NCBI GenBank assembly: GCA_047495785.1
Contig: JBLDXI010000004.1
Span: 434,001-498,000, forward strand
Direction of reading: 5' to 3'
Source: Lepidodermella squamata
Taxonomy: Eukaryota > Animalia > Gastrotricha
Length of the DNA: 64,000 bases
Positions 1 through 10,832 of the stretch are shown here, in pieces. Position 1 is the stretch's first letter. Every line of letters starts with the position of its first letter. The position numbers and the translations under genes were made by a program. The notes under the pieces were generated by a model, which did not search any database, was not told where the DNA came from, and was given only the letters and a program-made list of their open reading frames with translations.

Positions 1-94
1 GGTGCTATGTACATGTGCAGCACGGTTAGTAATTTTAAACTCTACAAATAGAATTAGTATTTACATCGGCAACGGCAACGGCTTACGCGTCTGC

Positions 95-856
95 TTACAT
101 CGGCTGGTCGGGGAAGCCGTGCGGAAGACTGGGGTTGATGAGATATCCCTCCGCATTCAACTGCCTCATGTAAGCCAGGTCATCTAAGAAGATGTGTTGG
201 TCCAACATTCGGTTGCAGGGGACCTGTCGAACTCCGCCTCCAACATAGAACTCCGAGTTCCAATCGTTACTCATCAGAGTAATTTCCTCGAGTTCCGAAA
301 ATGGTTGCGTCTGCCACAAATTGAATCGCGCTGGCAGGGTAATACGCGCATTTAATGTCAACGAGTTGTATTCCAGCCGCGGGATATCTGTCGTTCCCAG
401 CACCTGCTCCAGTCTGGTACGCGGCGTTACCAAGCGCATGATGCGTTCGGTAAAGATGACCCGCCACGTGCGGTACTCGAGCGTGTGCAGCGCCCCTTCG
501 TCCGGCATTCTATCGGGCAGAACTGACGCCGGCTTCAAGGAGGATGGCACTGCCTGCAGCATCATAGTAACGCGAGGGCCATCTGGCTGGGCGTTGGCGA
601 GGCGCCTGTACAAAAACGGCGCTTCGTTTTCCGCCTCAGTGAAGCGAGTCGTTACTTGTGAAACGGTGCCGTCATCGTGCAACCACGTGTTGTTGCGTTG
701 GAACCCGTCTCGATAAACGAAATCTCGAGCGTTGGCTGGCAGTATGGGCGGAGACGGCGGGTTGCTTTCAGGGCCATATTCAGCATTAGGTTGTGGCGGT
801 TGAGGCGGCGGATATTCGGCCACGGATTCCTCCTCAGATACAGATGGCGGCCGCAT
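95..856 (-). CDS. Uncharacterised 253-aa ORF (ORF4) downstream of the env-like ORF in the Gypsy element
   Basis: Intronless ATG-to-stop ORF, visibly GC-richer than host DNA, Pro/acidic N-terminus, co-oriented and 88 nt after the env-like stop; no recognised motif. Confidence 0.6.
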   Translation of the reverse strand: MRPPSVSEEESVAEYPPPQPPQPNAEYGPESNPPSPPILPANARDFVYRDGFQRNNTWLHDDGTVSQVTTRFTEAENEAPFLYRRLANAQPDGPRVTMMLQAVPSSLKPASVLPDRMPDEGALHTLEYRTWRVIFTERIMRLVTPRTRLEQVLGTTDIPRLEYNSLTLNARITLPARFNLWQTQPFSELEEITLMSNDWNSEFYVGGGVRQVPCNRMLDQHIFLDDLAYMRQLNAEGYLINPSLPHGFPDQPM

Positions 857-944
857 GGCTGATACTTGTTGATGGTTTGAAAAAAATTTAAAATGCAGAA
901 AATAAATATTTGTGTCAGTGTGATTTTGTTTGTTATTTCGCCGT

Positions 945-2147
945 TTATATAGCCGTCAGAGTGCACTTCTTTTGTCTTTTTGGCTTCAATCCAGCCCTCC
1001 CTCCGTGAATATTTTTCGCCGATGGAAGGATCTCGAAATCATCCATACTGATGGCTCTCTGATTCTTACACCTAATTTTGCTGCTGGCCGGCCATCTCAC
1101 TGCTGTGAAGAGCAATAGTGTTGCCAAGGCTACGATGGCTATGAAAGCCATTCCCCACCATATCAACCTGCTGGTGCTGTAGGTGTCATAAGAGCCATAA
1201 CATAGCTGCTCGTCTACAGCATGGACCATTGTAAGGCTGTCGTCAAGTTGCCACAGCTTTTCGTTGGCAGCTGTCGAGGTGTCGTTGCGGTCATAAATGT
1301 GTATTTGTCGGTTAATGAAAAAAATGTCTGCACCCGCCGCCAGTGTTAAGACAGTGGCTGCGGATATATATGAAGTAATGTTTGCTGACGTTATCCGAAT
1401 TGCTTGTGATAACCAGAATTTGTTGTTGCCTAATCGAATCCATGGTGGCAAAATTTCGCAAAATGATGAACTTACTATGCAGTGGTCCTGTCGGTCTTTA
1501 TTTTCCGGATGCATCCATTCTACTTTGATTCTTTCTGCATAGACTTTCCAGGGGCATGTTACTGTGTTGTTTGACCTTCGACATGTTCTAAGAAGTGAAG
1601 ATGAAATGTAAAATTTTCCTTCATTGCAGGTGATGATAGGCTGGTAGAAATTGATGAGATAAAACGCGGAAATGACACAACGGTCATCTTTGGCGTAATG
1701 AAGAGGGATCACTCTGAGCAGTTGACATTGTTGTGAGTGATATTTACGTTTTAGTGCCAGACGTGTACGGCCGATAGACGCCGGGCTGAGACTTGATTCG
1801 TCTTGACTGTCAACCGCGTTACGATCCATTCTTCTAGCCCGCTTTCTGTCCCGTATCTCAGATGATTCTAGCAGCTCTGTATCAATAAATTGACGTCGTT
1901 TTCGTCTCGCATGCGATGGTGTCGTTTGCTCTGTTGTCGTCTTATCCAGTCGGGCTGTCGACGTCATGATTTTCGTAATAGCTGTTGGTGTCCTAGGACT
2001 TGTTGTTGTATCTTCTACCACGTTTTCTACAAATATTATGCTTTCCCTTGTTGCTGTCGCGACCAATTTGTGTATCCATATCTCTGTTTTGTCAGTTGCC
2101 CCAACTCTCTCCACCATAGTTGTTGTCAGTATCAGCAGCATTGTCAT
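945..2147 (-). CDS. Env-like membrane glycoprotein (400 aa)
   Basis: Hydrophobic N-terminus (MTMLLILTTTMV), Thr-rich stalk, furin-type site RRKRR, Cys-rich ectodomain with N-x-T sequons (NNT, NIT, NDT), C-terminal TM (LIWWGMAFIAIVALATLLLFTAV) and basic tail; lies directly 3' of pol. Confidence 0.75.
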   Translation of the reverse strand: MTMLLILTTTMVERVGATDKTEIWIHKLVATATRESIIFVENVVEDTTTSPRTPTAITKIMTSTARLDKTTTEQTTPSHARRKRRQFIDTELLESSEIRDRKRARRMDRNAVDSQDESSLSPASIGRTRLALKRKYHSQQCQLLRVIPLHYAKDDRCVISAFYLINFYQPIITCNEGKFYISSSLLRTCRRSNNTVTCPWKVYAERIKVEWMHPENKDRQDHCIVSSSFCEILPPWIRLGNNKFWLSQAIRITSANITSYISAATVLTLAAGADIFFINRQIHIYDRNDTSTAANEKLWQLDDSLTMVHAVDEQLCYGSYDTYSTSRLIWWGMAFIAIVALATLLLFTAVRWPASSKIRCKNQRAISMDDFEILPSAKNIHGGRAGLKPKRQKKCTLTAI

Positions 2148-2168
2148 AGTACCATACCTGAAATTGGG

Positions 2169-5100
2169 TTAGTTAGTTTTCCGGTAAAATGAAGGCCTAT
2201 CTAGTTTTGGCCTAGTCGATTCAGAGGGTGCTCGCGGATTCCTATAAGTTCTGTAGGGAAGAATTTCAATGTCAGGCCGTTCCTCCCCTTGGTCTGATTC
2301 ATTCTCGAACAACTCGGCTAATCCTAAGTATCCTAGGTCTGCTATAGGATCTGGTTCAGGTTCTGGCGAGCGTGCTGGTATGGGATTTGCTGGAGGATCC
2401 ACAGGGATGGGCACCAAGGGCCTTGGTACCGCGGGAATAACCGGTGAAAGCGGATTTGGCTCTGGCTCCGGTCGCGGTTCCTCCACTGGAGACGCGTCGA
2501 AACGATCTTGGTCCCATAGAGAGTCCAGCTTATTGCTCCTGAGGTTGTAAGAATGAATGGGAGACCTCACTGGCTTCTCAGGCATAGCCTGCGGTTTTGT
2601 CTGTAACATGAGCCGGGCCGGTTTCGGCGTGTTTTGGCTGTCACTGTTCAGCTCGTCTCGCCGCTGTTTCTCTGCCAAATCTTCATTATCTTCCGGCTCT
2701 TTAACTTGGGCTGCCTGGTTTGATTTGGCGAGTTTGTCCACATCGCCATAGAATGGTTTCAGTCTGTTTCGGTGAACGAATTTCGGTTTCTGCGATCCAT
2801 TGTAGAGTTGGATTTCGTAGTTGACTCCTATCCTTTGCAGCACAGTGTAAGGGCCTCTCCACGGGCTCCAGAATTTCCTAGGAGTTGACGATGAAGCTGG
2901 TAATGCCGGGCAGTGTAGCCATACCAAGGTTCCTTCTGGAAATGGATCACAATTTCCTGCTTTCTGATCATAGATCGCTTTCTGTCGTTCTCGAACTAGT
3001 TTCATTCGATCATTTACGATTTTGTTTGCTGTAACGAGATTTCGATGGAGCTTGTTTGCATAATCATCTGTGCTGACTGGTTTTCCTCCATTGTCTGCTA
3101 CGATCTCGCCTGGTAACCGTATCCGTCGTCCTGTTGCTAAGAACGCCGGACTATACGTAGTCTGGCTGTGGCGAGATGTATTATAGAAAAACATTACCGG
3201 CTGTAGTTGTTCATGCCATTTTCCGCCCTTCTGACTCAGGCTGTTGGCAATCATATTAGCTATTGTCAGATTTTGCCTCTCACACAACCCATTGGTGGAT
3301 GGCTTGAATGCTGTAGTACGAACCTGCGTAATTTGGAGTAGTTTTTCAACTTCACTGACCAGTTTCCCGATCAACTGAGCTCCGTTGTCTGATAGGATGC
3401 GTTTCGGGAAACCGTGAATGTAGCAGAATTCCAGGAGTTTTTCTACAACTTTCTCAGCTGTAATTGTTCTTAATGGCCAAGCTTGGAAGTATTTACTAAA
3501 GTGGTCTCCGATAAGAAGAACGTATCGATAACCATCGGATGGCTGGACAGGACCCATGATATCCCACACATATAGCTCGCCGAAGCTCGATGTTTCGATG
3601 GGGTGTAGTTCGGCTACTGGATGTTTGATTGGTCCTTTCCTTTGTTGGCAGGGGATGCATTCCCTGACGTAGTCGGCCACATCGGTTTCCAAGTCGGGCC
3701 AGAAGTACTGCTCCTTGATTCTAGCTATCGTTCGGTCCATTCCCAGATGTCCACCAACTTCGTCGTGTAGATGCTGTAAAATCATCTTTCTTAAGGTAGC
3801 CGGTAGGACGTATTGCTTCAATTCTTTGTTCGATTCTTCTGGATACCTTACCAGTACATCGTTCTCAATATCGAATCGCCTATCGACCGGTTTGTTTGTT
3901 TTGACTTTCTCAATGGTCGATTTGATCCAGTCGTCCTTCAGTTGCTCAGCTCGGAGTTGTTCCAAGGTGATTTTAGGCTGTAGGCATATGTTGATGCTTG
4001 GTCCGATGCCTCGTTTTGTAGGTGGGAATTGTCGATCGGGCTTTCGAGACATGAAATCGGCGTTTCCATGCTTCTTGCCTGGTTTGTAGACAATCTTTAG
4101 GGCATAGTTGTTCAGTTTAAGCGCCCATCGACTTACTCTACCTCCCACATCCCTACATGATTGCATCGTAACTAGCGGGTTGTGATCGACCTTAACAGTC
4201 ACATGTCCCAGGTCAGGTGAGTCGTTAATCATTGCGTGTTGCTCTCTTGTCCGAATGTAGGGTTTGAAGAATTTGGTGACACATTCAACCAAGGCTAGGC
4301 ACTCCTTCTCCGTTACGGATAAGTTTCGCTCGCTCTTGGTTAAAGTTCGGCTGGCGTAAGCTATAGGGTGTTCCTCCCCGTCGATAACTTGAGTTAGGAC
4401 TCCGCCTATCGCGTGATCTGAGCTATCGCTTTCTATTTGGAACGGAACAGAAAAGTTAGGGTAACGTAACACAGGGCTGGTCGTCAGCTTTTCCTTGAGC
4501 GCTTGAAAGGCCCTATCTGCTTCCTCAGACCACTGAAACTTCTGCGTTGATTTTCGCATAAGCGAAGTGAGCGGCTCCGTGATTCTTGCGAATCCTTCGA
4601 TGAAGCGCCTATAGTAGGACACTCCCCCGTATATGCTACGAAGCTCGTGAATGTCAGTAGGTCTGGGGTAATCTAGGATTGCGGCTATTTTGCTTCGCGA
4701 TGGCGTTACTCCGTAAGCATTGACGGTGAAGCCTAGGAAATCGATCTCTGATTTCGCTAGCTTACATTTCGCGCCATTGAATTTCAACTTGGCCTCCCTA
4801 AATCGCTTGAATACCTCCTTCAATAAAGCTAAATGTTCCTCAAAGGTGGACGAAAATAGGCATACATCGTCTGCGTAGTTGCAAACGCTGCCTTGGGCGA
4901 TTAAATCCCCTAATGTGGCATGCATTACGCGATTCCATATGGAAGATGAGTTGGTACCCCCCATTATAACTCGCGTATATTTCCAGGTGCCGATATGGGG
5001 CCCGAGATCGAAGGAAGTCAGGTCCTGAGAGTTAGGAGTGAGGCTAAGTGAATAAAATGCTTGCCCCACATCTACCGATGTGATATACTTGAATGACTTT

Positions 5101-5960
5101 CCCCCATTTCCTAACATTTCTAAACATTCATCAGCTCTCGGTCCTGAAAAGAGTTCCTTCTTCGTTTTACTGTTTAGGTAACGCGCATCTAATACTATCC
5201 TAACTTGGTTGTTGGCCTTAGGCACGAGCTGAATGCTGTTGCGATGCTCTGAGTTGGAGGGTGCAATTATGCCAGCCTTATAAAGTTGCTCTATCTCTTT
5301 CTTAAGCAGTATTTTCTCCGCGTTGGAAAATCTCCTCATGGGTTGCTTTATCCTACTCCCATCGGTTTTGATGGAATGTTTGAATTTATCGTAGCAGCCT
5401 ACGTCATATTTATGACGCATGAAGATATCGCTAAATTCGTTTACGAGTGCTCTGAGCTGGGCTCGTTGGCTGTCCGTTAAGGTGGGTTCACTTATGTCTA
5501 CCTCGGGCTCCCATGGTGTAACTGGCAATGTTGAGGGCCTTGCTATTTTGTCGCTGCCTGATTGTGGCAGGTAAGGCGCAATAGCGGATTTCTGCCCGAT
5601 ATTCATTAGAATATCTAAAGGGCCTTTGCTGAGCGCTATTCGCGTGCCGTCTCTTAATATTAGCTGCCGTTTTTCCCAATCTATCGCTGACGCGTAAATG
5701 TCTAAGAAGTCTGCCCCGACTAAGGCTGGTACGCAAAGCTTCTCTATCGCTAAGAAATCGTGCTTGAATGTGAGTTTTCCCATTTTCCCTGAGAGCTGTG
5801 CAAGGCCTTTGACGTTCAGACTTGACCCGTCAGGACCTATTGCAGTAGCTGGCCTTAGCTGAGGTGAACTAGGTACTAGATCGCAATTAAGGCAACTTCT
5901 CGCGGCACCTGTATCTAGCAATGCTTGAATAGTTTTGCCGTTAATGACAAGCTTAACCAT
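2169..5960 (-). CDS. pol: Gypsy Pol polyprotein (aspartic protease, RT, RNase H, integrase)
   Basis: LLDTGA protease; YADD RT; RNase H ESDSSDHAIG...TEKECLA...DHNPL; integrase HHCC (HLHDEVGGHLG...CIPC), D..D35E (WDIMGP, SDNG, CER), WRGPY motif. Open for 1263 aa. Confidence 0.97.
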   Translation of the reverse strand: MVKLVINGKTIQALLDTGAARSCLNCDLVPSSPQLRPATAIGPDGSSLNVKGLAQLSGKMGKLTFKHDFLAIEKLCVPALVGADFLDIYASAIDWEKRQLILRDGTRIALSKGPLDILMNIGQKSAIAPYLPQSGSDKIARPSTLPVTPWEPEVDISEPTLTDSQRAQLRALVNEFSDIFMRHKYDVGCYDKFKHSIKTDGSRIKQPMRRFSNAEKILLKKEIEQLYKAGIIAPSNSEHRNSIQLVPKANNQVRIVLDARYLNSKTKKELFSGPRADECLEMLGNGGKSFKYITSVDVGQAFYSLSLTPNSQDLTSFDLGPHIGTWKYTRVIMGGTNSSSIWNRVMHATLGDLIAQGSVCNYADDVCLFSSTFEEHLALLKEVFKRFREAKLKFNGAKCKLAKSEIDFLGFTVNAYGVTPSRSKIAAILDYPRPTDIHELRSIYGGVSYYRRFIEGFARITEPLTSLMRKSTQKFQWSEEADRAFQALKEKLTTSPVLRYPNFSVPFQIESDSSDHAIGGVLTQVIDGEEHPIAYASRTLTKSERNLSVTEKECLALVECVTKFFKPYIRTREQHAMINDSPDLGHVTVKVDHNPLVTMQSCRDVGGRVSRWALKLNNYALKIVYKPGKKHGNADFMSRKPDRQFPPTKRGIGPSINICLQPKITLEQLRAEQLKDDWIKSTIEKVKTNKPVDRRFDIENDVLVRYPEESNKELKQYVLPATLRKMILQHLHDEVGGHLGMDRTIARIKEQYFWPDLETDVADYVRECIPCQQRKGPIKHPVAELHPIETSSFGELYVWDIMGPVQPSDGYRYVLLIGDHFSKYFQAWPLRTITAEKVVEKLLEFCYIHGFPKRILSDNGAQLIGKLVSEVEKLLQITQVRTTAFKPSTNGLCERQNLTIANMIANSLSQKGGKWHEQLQPVMFFYNTSRHSQTTYSPAFLATGRRIRLPGEIVADNGGKPVSTDDYANKLHRNLVTANKIVNDRMKLVRERQKAIYDQKAGNCDPFPEGTLVWLHCPALPASSSTPRKFWSPWRGPYTVLQRIGVNYEIQLYNGSQKPKFVHRNRLKPFYGDVDKLAKSNQAAQVKEPEDNEDLAEKQRRDELNSDSQNTPKPARLMLQTKPQAMPEKPVRSPIHSYNLRSNKLDSLWDQDRFDASPVEEPRPEPEPNPLSPVIPAVPRPLVPIPVDPPANPIPARSPEPEPDPIADLGYLGLAELFENESDQGEERPDIEILPYRTYRNPRAPSESTRPKLDRPSFYRKTN

Positions 5961-6040
5961 GAGTCCCTTAATACCATTGACACTGGGGATAAGCGGGTGG
6001 GATTTCGGGGATTTTGCTGACAGGCATACCGTATCCCCTT

Positions 6041-6392
6041 TTAGGTTTGCCCCTCCTCGTTTCCCTGGTCTTGGGATGAGTTGGGTGGGGTCCGAGTTTT
6101 CCTAAATCCAAACGCTCTCCCAAATGTCCTTCCCCTCGTTGACCTTAATGGTTGCCTACATTCCCTCTTCCTATGGCCGGGGCGGTTGCAATTCCAACAT
6201 GTGATGACACGACGAGGAGCAGGAGGTTGCTCCTCTGTACTTAACTTGCCCACTCTGTCCGTTAGCTGCTTGATGGCTTCATTCTGCGCTTTGGCAGTCT
6301 CAGCCTGCGAAACTAGCGCGTTGATTAGGCGATCGGCAGAATCTGATTCCGCCGAGCCTATGGCTCCTATCACTGAATTACTAAATAAATAA
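6041..6392 (-). CDS. gag: Gag C-terminal part with CCHC zinc knuckle (5'-truncated)
   Basis: CWNCNRPGHRKREC; the listed N-terminal MIYIYIY is only the translated (TA)n microsatellite. Confidence 0.85.
6059..6065 (-). promoter_or_regulatory. -1 ribosomal frameshift slippery site G GGA AAC between gag and pol
   Basis: Gag codons CAG GGA AAC give X XXY YYZ; the -1 frame reads GKRGGANLKGDTVCLSAKSPKSHPLIPSVNGIKGLMVKL without a stop into pol; GGGGATA/TATCCCC complementarity downstream. Confidence 0.8.
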
Positions 6393-6418
6393 ATATATAT
6401 ATATATATATATATATAT
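6392..6418. repeat. (TA)n microsatellite at the Gypsy truncation point
   Basis: aatatatatatatatatatatatatat. Confidence 0.9.
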
Positions 6419-6659
6419 CAATTTTTCAAATGATTTTCAACCCAGCTAAGCTATGCATTTTAAACGCAATCGGATGTAATCAGGTCCGTACTATCGAAAA
6501 TTGATCAACTCAATTAAACGCGCGTTCTTGAGCATTTTAGCGAAATTTAGCGGGAAGAACATGTTCCAGCAGTCTTCAGCTCTAGAGAATACACATTTTA
6601 CAAAACTTTATTGCCTGCAATTAGCTAAGCGATAAGCTTCACTGAGAACAGTAAGAATT

Positions 6660-9443
6660 TACATAAACTTACAATCGCCATCTTGGGTTGGTTCGCCGAG
6701 GAACCAGCTCACTGGCTGCAGCCCCCAGTCGAGCACCTGGCCGTCATCGAATGTGAACGACCTGGAATAGGACAGCCAGTAATCCTGGTTGGCAACCAGT
6801 TTAATAGCCGTCGAAGAAGTCGCTTCTGTCCACGACAGCGGCGGCGCTCCTTCGGCCTGGCACGCTCGAATCGCCACGACGTACTTCTTCGGCCCGCCCG
6901 CTGCGACGAACAGCCGCGCTACGTTGCCAATAGGGCTGTAATTGTTATAATCAATGGCTAAAATAGTCAAACGAACCGGTTTCACACGTCGATCCCATGA
7001 AAAGCTCAGTGCAAGAGCAGACATTGTTATCAAAACACGAGCCACCGTTTTGGCACGGAGGGTTGCAAATAGCTAAAACGATGCAATATGTTAATGTCAA
7101 TTCTATGATAAGAATAGTTTTATCGTTTTTTAACTGTTATCATCTGAATATTACGAGATCAACGCAGTTAACCACTGTGTTTCAATAATTCTGGAAACCA
7201 AGAGGATTCAAATTGAGCGAGTATGCAATTCAGGTTCAGAAGTGAAGCTTTTATGCTAATTTAGGGCACCGTCGAGAGGTATTCAATTTTCTCCTTTCAA
7301 CTTCATGTAGCGACGGCTCATGGGTTGAGTGAGCTCACTCCTATGGGTTCGGACTGTCGATGGTCGAAAGATAAGCCCGGGGAACCTCATGGTTGAGGAA
7401 TGGCAAGTGATTTTATCCATACTTAGTTAACCTTGATTGAAAATTGATTGAACCCACCTGAAGGACGCTCACAAAGAGCTGCCATAGCAGTCGTACAGGT
7501 AACAGCGTACAGCGAACCATCAGCGGCTATTGCACCGCCTGTAACATGAATTGTAACCATAGCACGCGAAAAGTATGGTAAATGTATCCCACTCACATGA
7601 TTTAGAGTCGCTAAACCTTTTAGCTCCGCCGTTTCCATCTGGCAGAGCGTCGTTACTGCTGTACGGCTGCTTGTTCAGCCAAGCGTAGTACGGCGGTGTT
7701 CGGTCGCGTTTGAACCCAGCCCACACTGCAATGTCAGTCACGTATTTGAATTGCAGCAGATACTGGACTCGCCAGTACTCTGCCGTTTTCTTGATACTCA
7801 GCATTGTCAAGCCTTTCGCCTCGCAAAACGCCCTGGCCTGGTCAAAGTTGTTGTTCTGCGCGTACAACCACATTTTACGCTGTGAAAGAGACATCATAGA
7901 GCTGTCAAAGCAACTTGGCTGAAGGATTCAAAGTTCAATGAAAAATAGATAAAAAGGATAACTTGAATCAGAAAATTCAGTTTTGGCGAAAATTTTGAAA
8001 GTGATTTCCTATACTACTTAGAACACAAACTTTTCTGCATACAATTACATTTTACGAATTTTAGACCGAATTCGGTAAAAAAAGATGACTTACCGTGGAT
8101 GCGTCCTGGCAGACAATGTGGCTGACTGTTTCAGTGCACGGGCGAAATCGCCATACAATCGAGGTGGTCACACTAGATGATCCAGCTAAATAAGGACCTG
8201 AGGCGAAAAATGCATTTCACGCTGGCTAAAGCAGCAGTAATGCCCACTTACAATCACCCGAGCCTTCCGCCACGTTCAGCCCAGTGTCTGGGAACGCCGG
8301 GAGTCCGGTCATTACCGAATCGCCGGAAATGAGGCGAAACTTGGCCGTCAGCCCGATGTAGCGGGGCGTGCCGGCGGCGGCCGTCTTCGCAGCCGCTAAC
8401 TCGTCGGCCGTCATTGGCTGCGCCAGTCGCCCGCCACCCGAAAAGCAGTTGTAAGCTGACTTGGCGTAATCAGCTGCAGCCCCCGTTGCCACGAAATACT
8501 TGGCTTCAAATTGTTTACAGCGAATGATTCCGACAAATATTCAAGGGGCGCCATCAAACCTGTTTGGCACAGATTGCCGCTGAAACCGCTAGGGCAAGTG
8601 CACTGGGTTGCGGATGCTCCACATTTACCACCATTTTGACACGCAAGGTTGCAGCCAGCTGAAAAATTCAGAGGCAAATTCAGTTCGGGGGCAAATTCAG
8701 TTCACTCGAGGCAAGTACGAAGAATGATGTGGAATTTTTGGCTATAATCCACCCCACATTTTCGGGCCCCTCTCGAGTCTCTATACCTTGCCGATACCTC
8801 TCGAGCTGGGGTTACAGTACTCTATTAGTTAGATATTCGATATACAAGCGGCTTCATTGAAACTCCCCGTCTATCTGTGGTGGCGTTAGCTTACACTGGC
8901 TGCAATTCGCCCCGGTCCAACCCGACAGGCATTCGCATTTGTGAGGGCCGATGCACGTTCCGCCGTTCCAGCACCACGGTTCGCTACAGTAAACTGGTGG
9001 CCGGGAAGAAAAATCAACACTTGATTTTGTCGTAGCGATCTTTGACTCACATTCGTCGCAGTTCAATCCCCGCCAGCCACTCGGACACTTGCAGTGGTTG
9101 GGGCCATCACACGTGGCTCCATTCTTACAGTTCGGACAGGAATCTATATGAGAGAAGTCGAGTCGAGAATTCACACGCCCTCAGAAGAACTTACACGCTT
9201 CACACAGCTTGCCTGCATAACCGGATGTGCATCGACATAGCGCGGCCGTCGAATCGTACGTACCCCCGTTGCTGCATGACTGTTTGCGACGAAGGCTTAA
9301 TAATTTGACGGATGCTCGAACTAACGAACTTACGAGGGCGATTTTCTGCTGGGACGGGGCGCAGCAAAGGCCACAGGCGATACAAAAAAAATTGAAAGCT
9401 AAGAAAAAATGCTTCTTTCCGAGGAGTCGAACCGTCGCTCATC
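6660..9443 (-). CDS. Multi-exon EGF-repeat / C-type-lectin-domain protein (approx. EGFx4-CTLD-CTLD-EGF-CTLD); ends approximate
   Basis: EGF exons [25 protein letters not shown] (~9200-9280), [113 protein letters not shown] (~6980-7070). CTLD exons [57 protein letters not shown]. Short GT-AG introns between them. Confidence 0.8.
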
Positions 9444-9626
9444 AGAGCACGTGATCTGATGCCGAATGACAGCCACTTGACCAATTTTTCAACTTCGACC
9501 CTCACAATCGCTAAATATTTGAAACCAATTATTATGGTAAGACTGTGGCCGGCCGGCCTACGTGCGCCACTCGTGCATACTGTATTCTCCTCAAGCCAGT
9601 TGCAAAGAGCTAATAATCAGGGTGTT

Positions 9627-9873
9627 CAGTGTGCGACTTTCAGGGGGGGATGGGGGGATCATCCCCCCCAGCTCGGGCCGGCCAGACAACAAAATGAGAA
9701 TTTATCCCACTGTTTTGTTAATTTTTGAAGGTTCTGGGGCGTGTTTCAGTGGAAAATATCCAACATTTTCTCGCTTCGCTCGGTTATTAGCCGAAATGAC
9801 TCGTCATTTTGGCAAATACAGCAAAAAAAATTTTTCCATCCCCGGGAGCTCGGGCATCGAAGATCGCACCCTG
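9627..9873. mobile_element. hAT-type MITE
   Basis: TIR CAGTGTGCGA / TCGCACCCTG; 8-bp TSD AGGGTGTT at 9619-9626 and 9874-9881. Confidence 0.8.
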
Positions 9874-10108
9874 AGGGTGTTATTCACGAATAATTTGGTC
9901 TTCTGCGAATTTTGAACTTCTTCATATCATATCATATATAGGTCAATATTGGTTGTTAAAAAACATTTTGTTGCTAGCATAGACCGAATAATGTCATGGT
10001 TGCAAGTTATCTCGCTCAAAAATGAACATGTGTGTTCCGCGTTCCGCATTGGTTCAAATTAAAGGTTATCTGAGCAAATTATACGAGCGATGCGAGAAAA
10101 ATGGGAAC

Positions 10109-10518
10109 CAGCGCTATTGTTAAGCGCCGCATTCGGGCCGCCGGGCGCGGGCCTCTGAAATCTGGCACCGGGCTTGGGTCATCCTACAACCAGCGCCCTG
10201 CCCGATAACTGTATCAAGTCCTGGTCCAAGCCCGGTGGCCCGAGAACGGCGCGTGCGATCGCCTAACAATAGGCCCGGTTCCCGCATTGTTCTCCGCCGT
10301 GCTCGGGCTGGCACCTTGGCCGGCTAGCGTGCGGTTGAGCGTGGCTCTTTCGAATTTGTTAAATTTACAGTAAACGTCGCATACGGGCATGTTTCAAACC
10401 GGCCCGAGCGCGGAGTGGTAAAGTTCACTTACCAGACCGCATAGGTGCCGGCCCGAGCGCGTACGTGCCGAAATCGGGCTCGGGCCTCAAAATTAGGCAG
10501 CTGTCAGCGAATACGCTA
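10109..10518. repeat. GC-rich MITE-like repeat with GGCCCGAG/CTCGGGC motifs
   Basis: Abrupt GC rise, motif repeated in both orientations, imperfect inverted ends; no clear TSD. Confidence 0.45.
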
Positions 10519-10832
10519 CTACTTGAACAGCCGTGTTCTTGAAAATAGCAATGCATCAAGAGGCAACAGGAATGTCAAAAGATTCATTGTGTAATATTGA
10601 CTATTGACGATGACATTTTCTATTTCGCACTTCGCACTTCTAACACTGCAACACGTTTGATTACACCTCGAAAGGACTGTGATACGATAGGACGTTTTAC
10701 TTCTCGAAATTATTTGGATTATCAATGATTTAATAAGACGAAATCATTCATGCATTAGAAACTAATCTTCCACTTTCATAAAAGAATCTGTTTCTATTTC
10801 ATCATCCATAATACCAATAGCAAAGAAAATAA

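Larger units (their letters stand above)
95..6392 (-). mobile_element. Ty3/Gypsy LTR retrotransposon, internal region, 5'-truncated (gag-pol-env-like-ORF4); LTRs not visible in window
   Basis: Gag CCHC knuckle followed by pol in PR-RT-RH-IN order (Gypsy order), then two further co-oriented ORFs; the 5' end abuts a (TA)n tract at ~6392-6418. Confidence 0.93.

Noticed and set aside
1-94. Gypsy 3' LTR / polypurine tract
   Set aside because: No PPT, TG..CA ends or second copy visible in the window.
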